A stretch of 64,000 bases of DNA from positions 186,001 to 250,000 of the forward strand of contig JAANOX010000034.1 of the NCBI GenBank assembly GCA_020184695.1, written 5' to 3'. Under the pieces are notes generated by a model. The model had not been told where the DNA came from. It worked only from the letters and a program-made list of their open reading frames with translations, and made no database searches. The translations under genes were made by a program, and so were the position numbers. Positions within the stretch are counted from its first letter, which is position 1, and each line of letters opens with the position of its first letter. Shown piece by piece: positions 10,401 to 19,500 of this stretch. This DNA is from Histomonas meleagridis 2922-C6/04-290x (lineage: Eukaryota; Protista; Parabasalia).

Positions 10401-13012
10401 ATGTTAATTCATCATCAATTAAAGCAATGAAAACTTTACTTACGTATAATTTTGTTGAAAAATTTGAACCTAAATCACTATCGAAACTTACTTCTTCTAA
10501 AAGATTATTAATCGAAACAAGAACAAATCTTTATCAATATGAAAATGAATTAATTGAAACATTAACAGATATAAATCTTAATAATAATAATTTTGATTTT
10601 ATTGAAAACGAAAAAGTTATTAATGAAATTGTTCAACAAAAAGAATTTTATTTTAAAGCATTAAATAATTATAATGAAATAATCGAAATCAAAAATCAAA
10701 TTTTAAATATTGTAATGCCATATAAATCAATTATTAAATATTTGTTAAACTTTTGGAAAGCGATTTCTATTTATTTAAGTTATATATCAAATTCGAATAC
10801 TTTTATATATACAACATTTTCAACTGTTATTACAACTTCATTACAAATTACTGATATAACAAAAGAATTTTTAGGTGATGAACAAAAATTACAAAATATT
10901 AAAGAATTAATTACTAAACAAATATTATCTTGGATAATGTCTTCATTATCATTTAATGATTCGATTATATTTTTGTTCATTGTTTCATTTTTAAATTTTG
11001 TTTCATTGAAAAAAGTGAATTTAAATGATTTGAAATTAATAATTAATCATATAAAAGATGAACTTAATTCGAAATGTGATATTTCAACTAAAAAAATAAT
11101 TTTCGGTGAACCTTTAGAACATTTAAAATTTACAAATATTCGAAATGTATTTGATTTAATTCAACGATTTATAAGTATTAACTTTGGTAATGATTTTGTA
11201 AATTATTTGCCATTCTTTAAAGCAGAAGAAATTATATCACAAACTTATTCGATTCCGACAATAATTTTCTATAATAAAATAAATCCTTTACCATTAATAT
11301 CATATTATTTATCAACAAAAACTAATAACATTGATAACATTGAGTTTATTACATTATATAATGATTATAATCAATTAAAACTAATAAAAAGTTTAATAAT
11401 TTCATCTGAAAATCATGGAAATTTAATTATATTAAATATTCCAAAGAATTCTGAAATAATAAATGAATTCTTATCGAATATATATCAAACTATATTAAAT
11501 ACTTCATTACATATTAACTTTCGTTTAATTATTTGCTATAATAATCAAATTTCGAATATATATTTACCACATAATTTGATATTAAACTCTAAAAAATTAT
11601 ATTCATTCGAATTCCCTTCAATTCGTCATCAAGTTTTATCTATTTATCATCATAATTCTTATGTTATTCGATCGAATAATAATCCAAGTGCTATTAAATC
11701 GATTGCTTATATGTTAACTATACTTTTGTCACAATTAAATTATCGAAATTTTGTAAAACAAATTTCATTTTCTAATTTGTTCGTATATGTTAATGATTTT
11801 GATTTCCAAAACATGATAAAAATCATAAAAAATTTAATTGATAAACAACCTAAAAATATACCAATGAAAATAATTCGAGATTTTATTTATTCATATTTAA
11901 GTTCAAAAGTTTTTGATAAATTCGATAAAATGAAAATGAAAATTATTGTTTATAATTCTTTTGTTCCTGAGTTATTAAATGAAAACTTTAAATATTGTAA
12001 AGGTTTCATTGATTGTGATAAATATTCGATACCTTTAAATGTACCAATTTCTGTTTATATAAATTGTGCACAAAAATTACCTGTTTTCCCTTATTGTGAT
12101 GGCCTTTTAATGCAAAGGAACTCTTCTTCATGTTTTAGAGATTATTCATTTTCTAAATGGATATCAATTGAGTTAATAAAACTTATAAATTCATCGAAAA
12201 TAAAATTTGATTATAACATAAAAGAAAAATTAGAAAATTATTTGAAGTTAATTCCTGATAAAATTGGTATAATAAAACTTAATTCATTTAAATCTCCAAC
12301 ACTTTTAGTATTAAAAGATGAAATATTACAATTTAATGAATTAATTAATGAAATAAAAATTAGTTTAATAAGTTTCGATAATAATAAAAATGGTTTTAAA
12401 TTTATTATATATGAAAAAATTCCAAAAATTTGGATTAAAAAATCGGGTTATTATATATCGAAATCAACAACAAAATTCTTGAAATATTTAAATGATAAAA
12501 GAAATTATTTGTTTGAACGATCTGAAAATAGATCAATGAATATAATAAATGTGAATTTGTTTAATAATATTCGAAATATTTTATATGCTTTGATAACTGA
12601 ATATTTATTAAATAATAAACAATTAAATGGAAATGTTTTGGAAATAGAACTAATTCCTTTAAATGAGAATAAAATAATTGATGATGATAAAACATTTATA
12701 TTAAGAAATTTGTTGTTATGTTTTGCTAATATAGAAAATAACGAAATAAAAATAAATTCGAATTCTGTTCCCGTAATAAATGTCGGAGATATAAAATGTA
12801 ACGTAAGAAAACAAATGCAAAACGAAGAAAAATTATGCGTTTGTCCATTGGTGAAAACTTTAAATTGTGGAAATGTTAAAAGTTTTACTGATGGTGAAAA
12901 CGATAATTTAATTTGGAATTTAAAGTTCAAAGGCGAAAATGAAGTGCAAAATAATTTGATTGCTAATAATACAATGTTCGTTTGTCAGATACCAGAAACT
13001 TTTAGTTTGTAA
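1445..13012 (+). CDS. Divergent dynein heavy chain-like protein (DNAH6-like N-terminus), AAA1 Walker A degenerate
   Basis: 3855-aa ORF. The N-terminal motif 'HISLDQWSFE...LKFFSQFFYWKPF' aligns by eye with the canonical dynein in this window, and linker-like 'KRTLIPRLFIIGNNDILTLLS' is present. AAA2 P-loop is GPPNSGKS and AAA4-like is GKNGSGRS. The AAA1 position reads 'IIGSLLNGRS'. Confidence 0.8.
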   Translation: MCAYRPKDDGLNVNLTGKNLVRHPPKTPMSSRKSKNPIFDASSVEKQSEIFDITYPGGDEGSQLLTQKNPTLLALRNQNTIRPKTALQIARDKKRIKEGEIVSPRVTTSLLNKRAQTLTFITRQFPQENKTEELSLDFPEDPIAYFSKRKDGTGHRFIYLNFVDNRNSPNFNPYNLERVKFSDIEEEYFTMSSEGITHFKPNGNTEHISLDQWSFESNIYSTIRKLKFFSQFFYWKPFKIWKKFVMKQRFNQISYSILTNPLFEQSKFFNSEIIIRSMYGDPEFSNTLEEMVLKYLLAFYPQKKFTLENYYLIVEENTNTLKKIYSNYITNIENEILKLDSLIRDPRILQVKDSDFPEIKRRNPNLSQIMILEKKKAKKRVEITKTVNEQILKLGLFIRNIDYFLLETLSKSLLKSWVQSSDYISQDMSSVFQVKVSFSNDGKVILSPTIDELIKAIHETLNDSIITLNELPRIIYSIKLRPHIHESHPNLMDLFDNGPNLKQIISHYKEFQIIEENILKIINESYEEANKASQRFLKLYPIYELGQKWNFNNYVKTRNGKSIKDFTKIIPCEIGFNINFDDEPIVNINEIKNDINLLHQYEIDNQTFKFNTIHGAIYVNTKSLRDELNPIPKKTLKVLTDSLNILCKDKILRIQNAFVSFGKELKNYPKTLEQFIIFCELITKAKNVVTNFKEEISFIDDINNLFEEYLTNSTSEQPKTSLTYQMELFLTSINNANEIKEQNIQTFILQLQDYITKLEIKLQKYLNVISNHPKSIIETDIDKLQLNIKQIKVKIQNITPKIKQCIHFQEVLNVNFSDFTLLNDINEMINFTEKLYICIKLYKQIESNSLRIQFSKINIESFITNVNKLNDEINEINSPKINSLLLKDLQEKLNMLYIHIEQIRLLSTSKMQKHHWEELFQQCGISKDIYHNDISLEEIISLGLLEEQDKVRLQTSTSYNESQVEDELHQIQSIWSTIKLPILDGQTKNEESLLINDINPLLIQINDSLISLKRISSQPFVNCIQDQAKKLQNSLENAILILEEWKSFQRNWILLTSLFIHEDVKSLQNEYNRYLWVKKRWVSIIRHSIKDLTLLKVCSYPSLLEIMKENVITLENIISSFDSFIENKRTLIPRLFIIGNNDILTLLSFSNMEKVRDIISKLFMNMIDIEINQKNEYKNRFQISGLKGKNLETFNFSKVVSIQGSIKNWFQNLQDSMKHNFIEQVTTKLNQINIKNLNDIKWIFNTHSHVLMICLNIIINNEIDDLLNQSESINHSFSRFLNLINNFYNEILLLLRNPKMTSFERNKIEFVLNIFQNYIEVLRQLKEYSYEMIIYKRFPRLIFNSQEQKLLISINDESYEFGWEIWGDIRQFILTPSIFNSYINIINEKNPIIIGSLLNGRSLIVENISTLFGRFLYQFPSLPNLHEKLISRIFQGINLMGSFVLFTDIDKLSINNSSKICDYLYTMTNNISSNYNNKLLINNKYIDINQNSRIFFLKNSSNKSENFASTNLFSSLKQIVLEKPNHKILIEIKLNLIGFNNIDLSTKFYISLKTIINMFSNYLKTTSIFIHIQKIFNVLFEIFNEMNDKSFKKFFDSNSLNEEYCICRTLFIYFSKLIPKTEENSLITLLYGTFPLFDEIEIFKINIINPNLFKEETLIHIFNSSFNIIEQNNNILFDYIKQQTLKLFLLLKTYKCVIIYGPPNSGKSTIIKYLQKTIKQIPNMNNIKKEKIFHQVDQLKEIFGHFSMNSTNNLIYKNGKIISSINHLIEKGKNHQKILIFDGPISYKFQQYISQFVSQKNLIVTNSLDTIDNDFNIIIETNDISQLNPSLLQYSALLPMEIIQKDEFSIDEIINSKLIIRKYIKNFSSDLLENVFEETLNQIIKYICQIDNFAYCLNKTKIMEYGNVLISIKFPILTAILLNDLIENNDININDKEKLKIGICFCAFKVYSSILDENNLKKFDIWIQTTFNIKLKDNSTLQTYQIYKNEFATLNLDVNNNIINENNKLLINNSNFVILKSMFDLYLKSNQNVLFFGEYSKKTFLKFYFKEKQNYFPIYIYSNELKTFKSICNFIKIHSNLIEKFKNLNKQIVLIFEDIKQNDLHIIEFIRMIIKTKKLKFYSNSDPYQYKTIDLSDFSIIVTTKSIENLPIRFISLFAPIQIYKYNIVTIKHIINTILEYYNVSSELSIDLNQFIENCLLEINEFPNDINLIYNIIYPICLMNEKSYQSDKDIELVLRTLIFSLNVNIFSNNKKLIKPIKKIFNKIFDNKFDDYNKINNNEIFYNEFTNNKENNELNTNCVTHQMNYLIEELEFYENSYNSSTLEQITLKFYPNIVKLFSYLHYIITFPSSNAILIGKNGSGRSSLIKLITHMLDYEFIEIFHNTFSLIIKDVISKCIFLKKKCVLYIKQTNKFTKEFNTLIRFIKTKDFSIFYTDTQLNQLYDKFSNGQAIKPEQKLIIYEQIRNLLNSNLNFVLSLNEYVKIDINNTFYIKFNEFNTKNILNAIKQSLKPQTYSNVFGDYYQQIPLLLEQIHQITKESNKLISTNHFFDFLDNFIITLNDNYQKYSQKTNNMENALHFIFNLKEQLQNVQNKINEIKPNLKEINITINNNDQNEIYQKLIKEQKLIEQVQINEFQNIRNVYNNNSSKSLKLLLEMICILINYDEKDLINDNFIQIILSKINYHTISNTIIDKIVPYFDNSNLNSNELFDISPILVNIYNWIKLICEYKINETKTNEISFSNTEAEKEYEKYNTKLKIIKNILQNTEILIDKWNTELNTSKKEIIIGESLLFSYYITYCGIFNQTEKVEMLNKVINEIKLIGLSISNEENMFNIINDRFLIQNNKNNFVNIEQTYVFDAMFDLYHIKSTIRIPLIIDSSGFIEHYFIKQEKNVITISQTSENLESIISTSIAEGKTLLLFDVDYLHPLISSILTFYRNGSKLTEIKIGKNIIKYNPTFKLYLFTNIRNIFNIPNDLFINVTVINVNSSSIKAMKTLLTYNFVEKFEPKSLSKLTSSKRLLIETRTNLYQYENELIETLTDINLNNNNFDFIENEKVINEIVQQKEFYFKALNNYNEIIEIKNQILNIVMPYKSIIKYLLNFWKAISIYLSYISNSNTFIYTTFSTVITTSLQITDITKEFLGDEQKLQNIKELITKQILSWIMSSLSFNDSIIFLFIVSFLNFVSLKKVNLNDLKLIINHIKDELNSKCDISTKKIIFGEPLEHLKFTNIRNVFDLIQRFISINFGNDFVNYLPFFKAEEIISQTYSIPTIIFYNKINPLPLISYYLSTKTNNIDNIEFITLYNDYNQLKLIKSLIISSENHGNLIILNIPKNSEIINEFLSNIYQTILNTSLHINFRLIICYNNQISNIYLPHNLILNSKKLYSFEFPSIRHQVLSIYHHNSYVIRSNNNPSAIKSIAYMLTILLSQLNYRNFVKQISFSNLFVYVNDFDFQNMIKIIKNLIDKQPKNIPMKIIRDFIYSYLSSKVFDKFDKMKMKIIVYNSFVPELLNENFKYCKGFIDCDKYSIPLNVPISVYINCAQKLPVFPYCDGLLMQRNSSSCFRDYSFSKWISIELIKLINSSKIKFDYNIKEKLENYLKLIPDKIGIIKLNSFKSPTLLVLKDEILQFNELINEIKISLISFDNNKNGFKFIIYEKIPKIWIKKSGYYISKSTTKFLKYLNDKRNYLFERSENRSMNIINVNLFNNIRNILYALITEYLLNNKQLNGNVLEIELIPLNENKIIDDDKTFILRNLLLCFANIENNEIKINSNSVPVINVGDIKCNVRKQMQNEEKLCVCPLVKTLNCGNVKSFTDGENDNLIWNLKFKGENEVQNNLIANNTMFVCQIPETFSL

Positions 13013-13502
13013 ATATTTATGTATATAATTTTTTTCTTATGTTTTTGAAAAATGAATTTTGTATTGTTACTTAAACAAAAAAGCATCAATTGATGTTGAT
13101 ACCAAAAATGTTGATTTATTTGTTATAATTCCGAGATATTTTAAAATATTATTTGGAATTTATTTAAATTTTTTCAAACAGTACTCGATAATGCATTTAA
13201 TTATCATCACCAAAAAATAGCTCATTTAATCTATATGTATAAATTCATGTACATGTAAAATGATATATCCTTCTTTTATATCATTATATGATTGGTTTTT
13301 GTTTTGTTTAGGTTAAATTTTTTTAATTATTCAAATTTTCGTGTCTTGAAATACTGCTTTTACTTTTTAGTTCCCGATTATTCTTTAAATCAAAATTTCA
13401 TTAAATAAATAAATATTTTAAATTGTTCAAATCAAAAGTAAATATATTCGAAACAAATTATAAGGAAAGAAAATAACATAAAAGTAAATAATAATATAAA
13501 TT

Positions 13503-16500
13503 TTATACAATATCAAAACAGTTCTGTAACAACTTAATACATCCCGAGTTCTCCACAGCTATCAGCATATTTTCTCCATTACAAAACTTCAGACCACACA
13601 ACTTATCGAACGAAGCGAATGGCAATTCCGCGTTTAAGTAAAACGCCTCGAACAGATACACGTTATCATTATCATCGCTACAAATTATATAATCGAAATC
13701 GTCATTTGACTTCAACAACGTCCACTTATTAATTCTAAAAGGTATTTTCCTACTTCGAATCATTTCTCCATTTACGGAGAACAAATACAAAACGTTTTCC
13801 AACACATTATCGATTAGTTCAGTTGCATACACAATGATGAAGCCCCACGCCTTGGTAATTATTACTTTTATAGGCCTTCCATTAATATTTAAAGCTCGAA
13901 CGAGTTCTCCCGATTCAAGTTTAAAGATTATTATTGAACCATTACGATTACAACTCACAATGATATGGAATTGTTGTGAGACATCGATACATGTTATAGA
14001 TGCTTGGAAAGAAGACTTACCGTAAATTAATGGATAATTTTCTTCGTTTAAGAAACAATTAATAACAGTATCATTACCTCCTGTAACTATATAATGTGAA
14101 CTTGAATCAATACAATTTATTCTACCAAAATGACAATATAATGTTTCAATCTCACCTGTAATAGGTGTAATAATATTTACATATCCGTGAATAGTTGACA
14201 CCGCTATTTTATAATTAGATAAAACAGTGAAATCAGTGATAATATTCGAATCAATTTTCGCTTTTTCTTGTTGAACTTTTATTGTATTATTAATATGTGC
14301 AGTATAAAATAATCCGTTTTTCGTATATAAAAGAATCGATAAATCTTTATTTCGATATTTCATTAAACCAAAATATTTTATATCTTTAACATTAGTATTA
14401 TATATTATAGTTTCTCTTTTTATGTTATTTTTAATGTTATTCCGTATAGGATGATCATTAATAAATAATGGAATTGGGACTTGACCACAATTTTGTTTTG
14501 TTGCTTCGATTAAACGATATTCGATTTGATCTTGAGATACATTATCCCAAGAATCACAATACATCATTGGGTCATAAACATTTTTAACTCCTAATGGAGC
14601 ATAGCCACGTTGTTTATTACCCCAGATAATATCGATCCATTTATGTAAGTTTTTACTAACATATTCACTTTCAAGTGCTTTTCGATGCATATAAAGGAAG
14701 TTAAATGTTTTAAACACTTTAGGATCAGGTTTCCTCCATTCACAAACATCTTTAAATTCAACATCATAAGGTACATTAGCCCATTTTGGTAATAGGACAT
14801 CATTAACTTGTTTTCCATCAACAGTACCTAAATCGAATTCATTTAAATTTACTAAAAACTCATATTGAAAAAAGAATTCCGGAATTAATTCTCTAAAATC
14901 ATTACTATGATTCAAGATCAAATTAAAAGAATCAGGAATAGAAGCAAAAAGTCTTGCTGCATGATCGAATTTACCACTTTGTAAATCGATATGTAATGAA
15001 GTAAAAGGTTCTAATCTCATTAACCACAAATATACACATAAAGGTGATATTATATAAGAAGAAAACAAAAATGCAGTGTTAGGATTAGTTTTGCACATGT
15101 CTTTATATCTTCCTAAAATTACTTTTAAGTTTTTCTCCGATTTTTCATAGAGGCCAATAGGTATCGATAAGTCTCTAAATGATTCTTCTTTAGTTAAATC
15201 TAATGTTTCCGAAGTAAAATCCTTTAAAACCCATGGCATTATAGGATAAGCACTTGCGTCTGAGAAACTTCGACTACTAAATATGTTTAAACGCATTAAA
15301 TAATCGAAGTTTGATATTTTATGATCTTGCCATAATTCAGTTGAATTTGTTGCCTTAAAGAATTTAATAAATGAAGAAGTTTGTATTATACAATGATCTT
15401 TAAAATCGGATAAAATCGAAATCTTTTGTAATACTTCATGATTTTCTAATTGATCGAATTTAATTAAATAACTTTTTCCTGATTCAGTAAATATTTCGAT
15501 TGCATTTGGTAAATGATATACATTTCTTAAAAGTATCATTTTAATATCTTTAGCTAAAATTGTTATAATTTTATTATTATTTTCCATTTTTAATCGAATC
15601 ATATTTTTATATACATTAAATTGACAATTTTTCGTTGATTTAATTGTAATTAATTTCGACGATTCATTAATAAATGATTTTCCTTTTTTAAATTTATTAA
15701 ATAATGGCTTCTTAAAGTTATCTACACCAACTTCATTATCTATTTCTAATAATTCTGGTGGCGCTTGAGTATTAATTTGATTTTGTTTCTTAATTTCTTC
15801 GGTCATTTTCTTGGCTAATAATATAGAACCTGTATCTCTACAAAATGATGCAACTTTATGATCATCGAAATGTGTATTTGGAGTAACTTTCATCGGACAA
15901 AAATATGTACATAATGTTGAATCCCTTTTCCATTTTGGTGATTCTTGTTTAATTGCATTACTCCAAGGTTGATGATAATATGTTAATTGTCGCCATAATT
16001 GTTCCCATTGTTTCTTCTTGTTTTTAATGCTTCGTTCGATAATGAAATTAGGTTTTGTAGAACTTGCTTCACACCAACGTAATATTTGATATTTATTTGA
16101 TCCAATGAAATTTTCAAATAATGGTAAAGATGATTTTTGAAATGCAACCATTCGATAAGCACATCTAGAGATAGTAAATCGAATTGTTTCATTTGAATTA
16201 GAAAATAATATTTCTAATGCTTTAAATATTGGTGGATAAACTAATTGATTAATATTATCTGTTAAATATAATTTGTTTTTATCTTTTTCTTTTAATGAGT
16301 TTTCATAAAAATTTATATAAATATCATTTATATTACCAAATTTTAATAATTCTTTTTTCTTTGGATTAATTATATCTAAAGAAAAATCTTTAAGTAATAA
16401 AGAACATAAAAAAATACCAAAACCAGAAAATTTTATTATTTTCTTCTTAATTATTATATTAATACATTGTAATGCTATTTCAGAATCAAGCCATTTATTA

Positions 16501-19500
16501 TTTAAATCGATTTTAAATCCAAATTGGAATGAAATTCCATGTGAAATTTCTTCCATTTCTTGTAAGCAATCCATAAAAGGTAAAAATTTTTCAACTTTTT
16601 TATTAATTTTTTCATAAAAAGGTGAATTATAATAATAATTTTTATAAGGTAAATTATCAGTTGTATAAAACATATAAAAGAAACTATATTGTAAATAAGT
16701 ATTAATAAAATCTTCTTTATCATTTTTAGAATTTAATATGAAATTACCAATTTCTAATAAGAATTTTTGAGGTGCTTCAATCGAATAATTATAATCAAAA
16801 ATATTCGATATCATTATAATCATTGCTAAAATATCATTCCATACTGATCCGGAACATTTAACCATAAAATTAATCAAAAAATCAAGCATTTTACCACCTC
16901 TTTTAATCGCAGCATATGCAGGCCAAAATGACCAAGATTTATGAAAACAATAATTAAAACTTGGCTTTAAATTATTATAAATTATTTCATCTAATTCTTC
17001 ATCATTTTGTAATATAAATGAACATATTATACTTAAAATAGATGGATTATTAATCGAAAAATCAATTAATTTCTTTAAAAAAGTAGTTGTATAATGTGAA
17101 TTAGATAAATATCGAATAAAAACACTTAAAAAACATTCAAGTTTCTTTTCTAAATAATTTAAGGATTTATTTAATATGAAAATTGTTTTAAGTAATTGAA
17201 ATGTTATATCTTCATTATCAAATTGTATAGCTAAATCTAAACATATAAAATGTTCCCAATATTTTTTAACAGATAAAAATGGCGAATTTTTCTCTTTTGC
17301 AATTTTTGATATTAACTTTAAAAAGTCAATCGAAAGTGTAAATTTTTCAAATGAAATTGCTGATAATAAAAGTGTTGAGAAGTCATCAACAGTTAATTTC
17401 TTAGTTTTTGATAATAAATATAATACATTTATTAAGTTCTTTCGTGTATTTTTGGAATAATCCTTATTTATCCAAAACAATAAACGCATTTGTTCAACAT
17501 AATGATGAAATTGTAAATTTGTATATTGATGATATTTAGGTATTAACTTTTTTGACCAATTTTCCGAGATTTTTTCCATTGTTTCTTTATCTGAATCATA
17601 CCAAAGTCGATAATTAAATAAAAGTTCTTGAAAAACTAATATTTGTATATCATTTGGTAAATCGATAAATATTTCATATAAATATTTATAAACATCATAA
17701 GTTAATAATTCAGGTGAATGCATTAACAAATATGAGACTAATTGAAATTCTTTCGAGTCAACAAAACAAATATTTAAATTAACTTTCATTGCATTAAAAA
17801 ATAATGTAATTACTTGTTTAATAAAAGGTTCTGGTTTAGTATTATCAGGATTTAATAAATTTAATTGTGCAAATAAAGGTATTAACACTTGTAACTTAAA
17901 ATATCGAATTAATATTTCTGCAAAAGGTAATGAAACAATTACATTTTCACCTTTTAATACAGCTTTTATTGAAGAATTAATAACATTAGATTTTAATGAT
18001 AAAATAAAATTATCACTTTCAGTTTTAATATAAATAATTGGATTATGATCAAAATCAATTTGTGAATTAACAAAATCTTTTGGAAGCTTTTGACATATTT
18101 CATCTATAATATCAGATTGATATAATTCAAACGATGATAGAATAGAATGAGCTTCATTCGAAGGATTTATATATATACCATAACGTTTATCTATCATACA
18201 TTTAATTGGTCGATTTTTCTTGAATTCAAAAGAAGACAAAGAAAAATATTTAATTTCATTTTGTTGATCATTAACAGAACTTTTTATTTGAAGTCTTTTA
18301 TATTGATCTAATTGGAATGAAATTGTTAAGAATATCCAACGATATCCAGGAATTTGTTTATCAATTTTCTGGTATAAAACTTGTGAATTTAATTGCACAC
18401 GAATAAATAAAGTTGAATCCAAAATCATTAAAGCAATTTCATTATTATCAAATCCTAATGATAATATATTGGATGAAATATCTTTTACTCCACTATCTAT
18501 ACATAACCAATAAGCAACAGTAAAACCTTCAAGAAATATATTTTCTGTTAACCCATAAATTGATATATTTGGTGAATTATCTGATAATGGTAAATAAGCA
18601 GTTGGAATGTTTTTCTTTTTTAATACTATTTTATTCATTGTTTCCATCGCTTGAATTAAAAATGGTGAAACATATCTTTGTTCGATCGGACAAAACAATG
18701 AAATAAATTGTTGTACTACTTGAATTGATGAAGCAATTGAAGCAATTAATTTTAATAATGAAAATGATATATTTAATAATTCTTTATTTTTTGGATTTTT
18801 TGTTATGATATCAATTAATGTTAAATCAAATTCACCTTCGTGACATGTATGTGAATTAGCAGTAGAAAACTTACATAATTGATAAATATAATGTAATTTT
18901 TCTATTAATTTATTGGTATCATTATTTAATACATCTGTTAATACTGTTAAAATTCGTGGTTGACGAATCAAAAAATTTGTTTTTTTAGATATAATTCGAT
19001 TTCCAGATATTAAATTTAATAATAAATCAGATATTTCTTCTGTTGGTTGATTACCTTCAATTGAAATTATTGTTGAAGAAAGAAGTTTACTTTCTGTTTG
19101 TTGTATTTTATTATAATCAGATATAACTGCATAAAACAATAAAACTTCTTTCATATATTGTTTAGAAGTTTCAGATGAAGTTAAACTATTAAAAGGTATT
19201 ATTAATAATTCATTCATTACCAAAAAATATTTTGGATATAAAGTATTTTTATTTGAATAATATGTTAATATATTTAATAAATTTGTTAACAAAGGTAATG
19301 TATATTTATCTTTAATTTTATTTAATAATGTTAAAAAAACTGTTTGATATATTTCAGCAACTTTACTTAAGTTCTCATATTGAACATTTATTATAGTATT
19401 TTTAAATAACTTTAATGCTGATTCTTGTAAACTAATTTGAAAAAAGAATTTCAAAAATATTAAAGGAAAATGAGTTGATGAAATAAATTCATTTATATCT

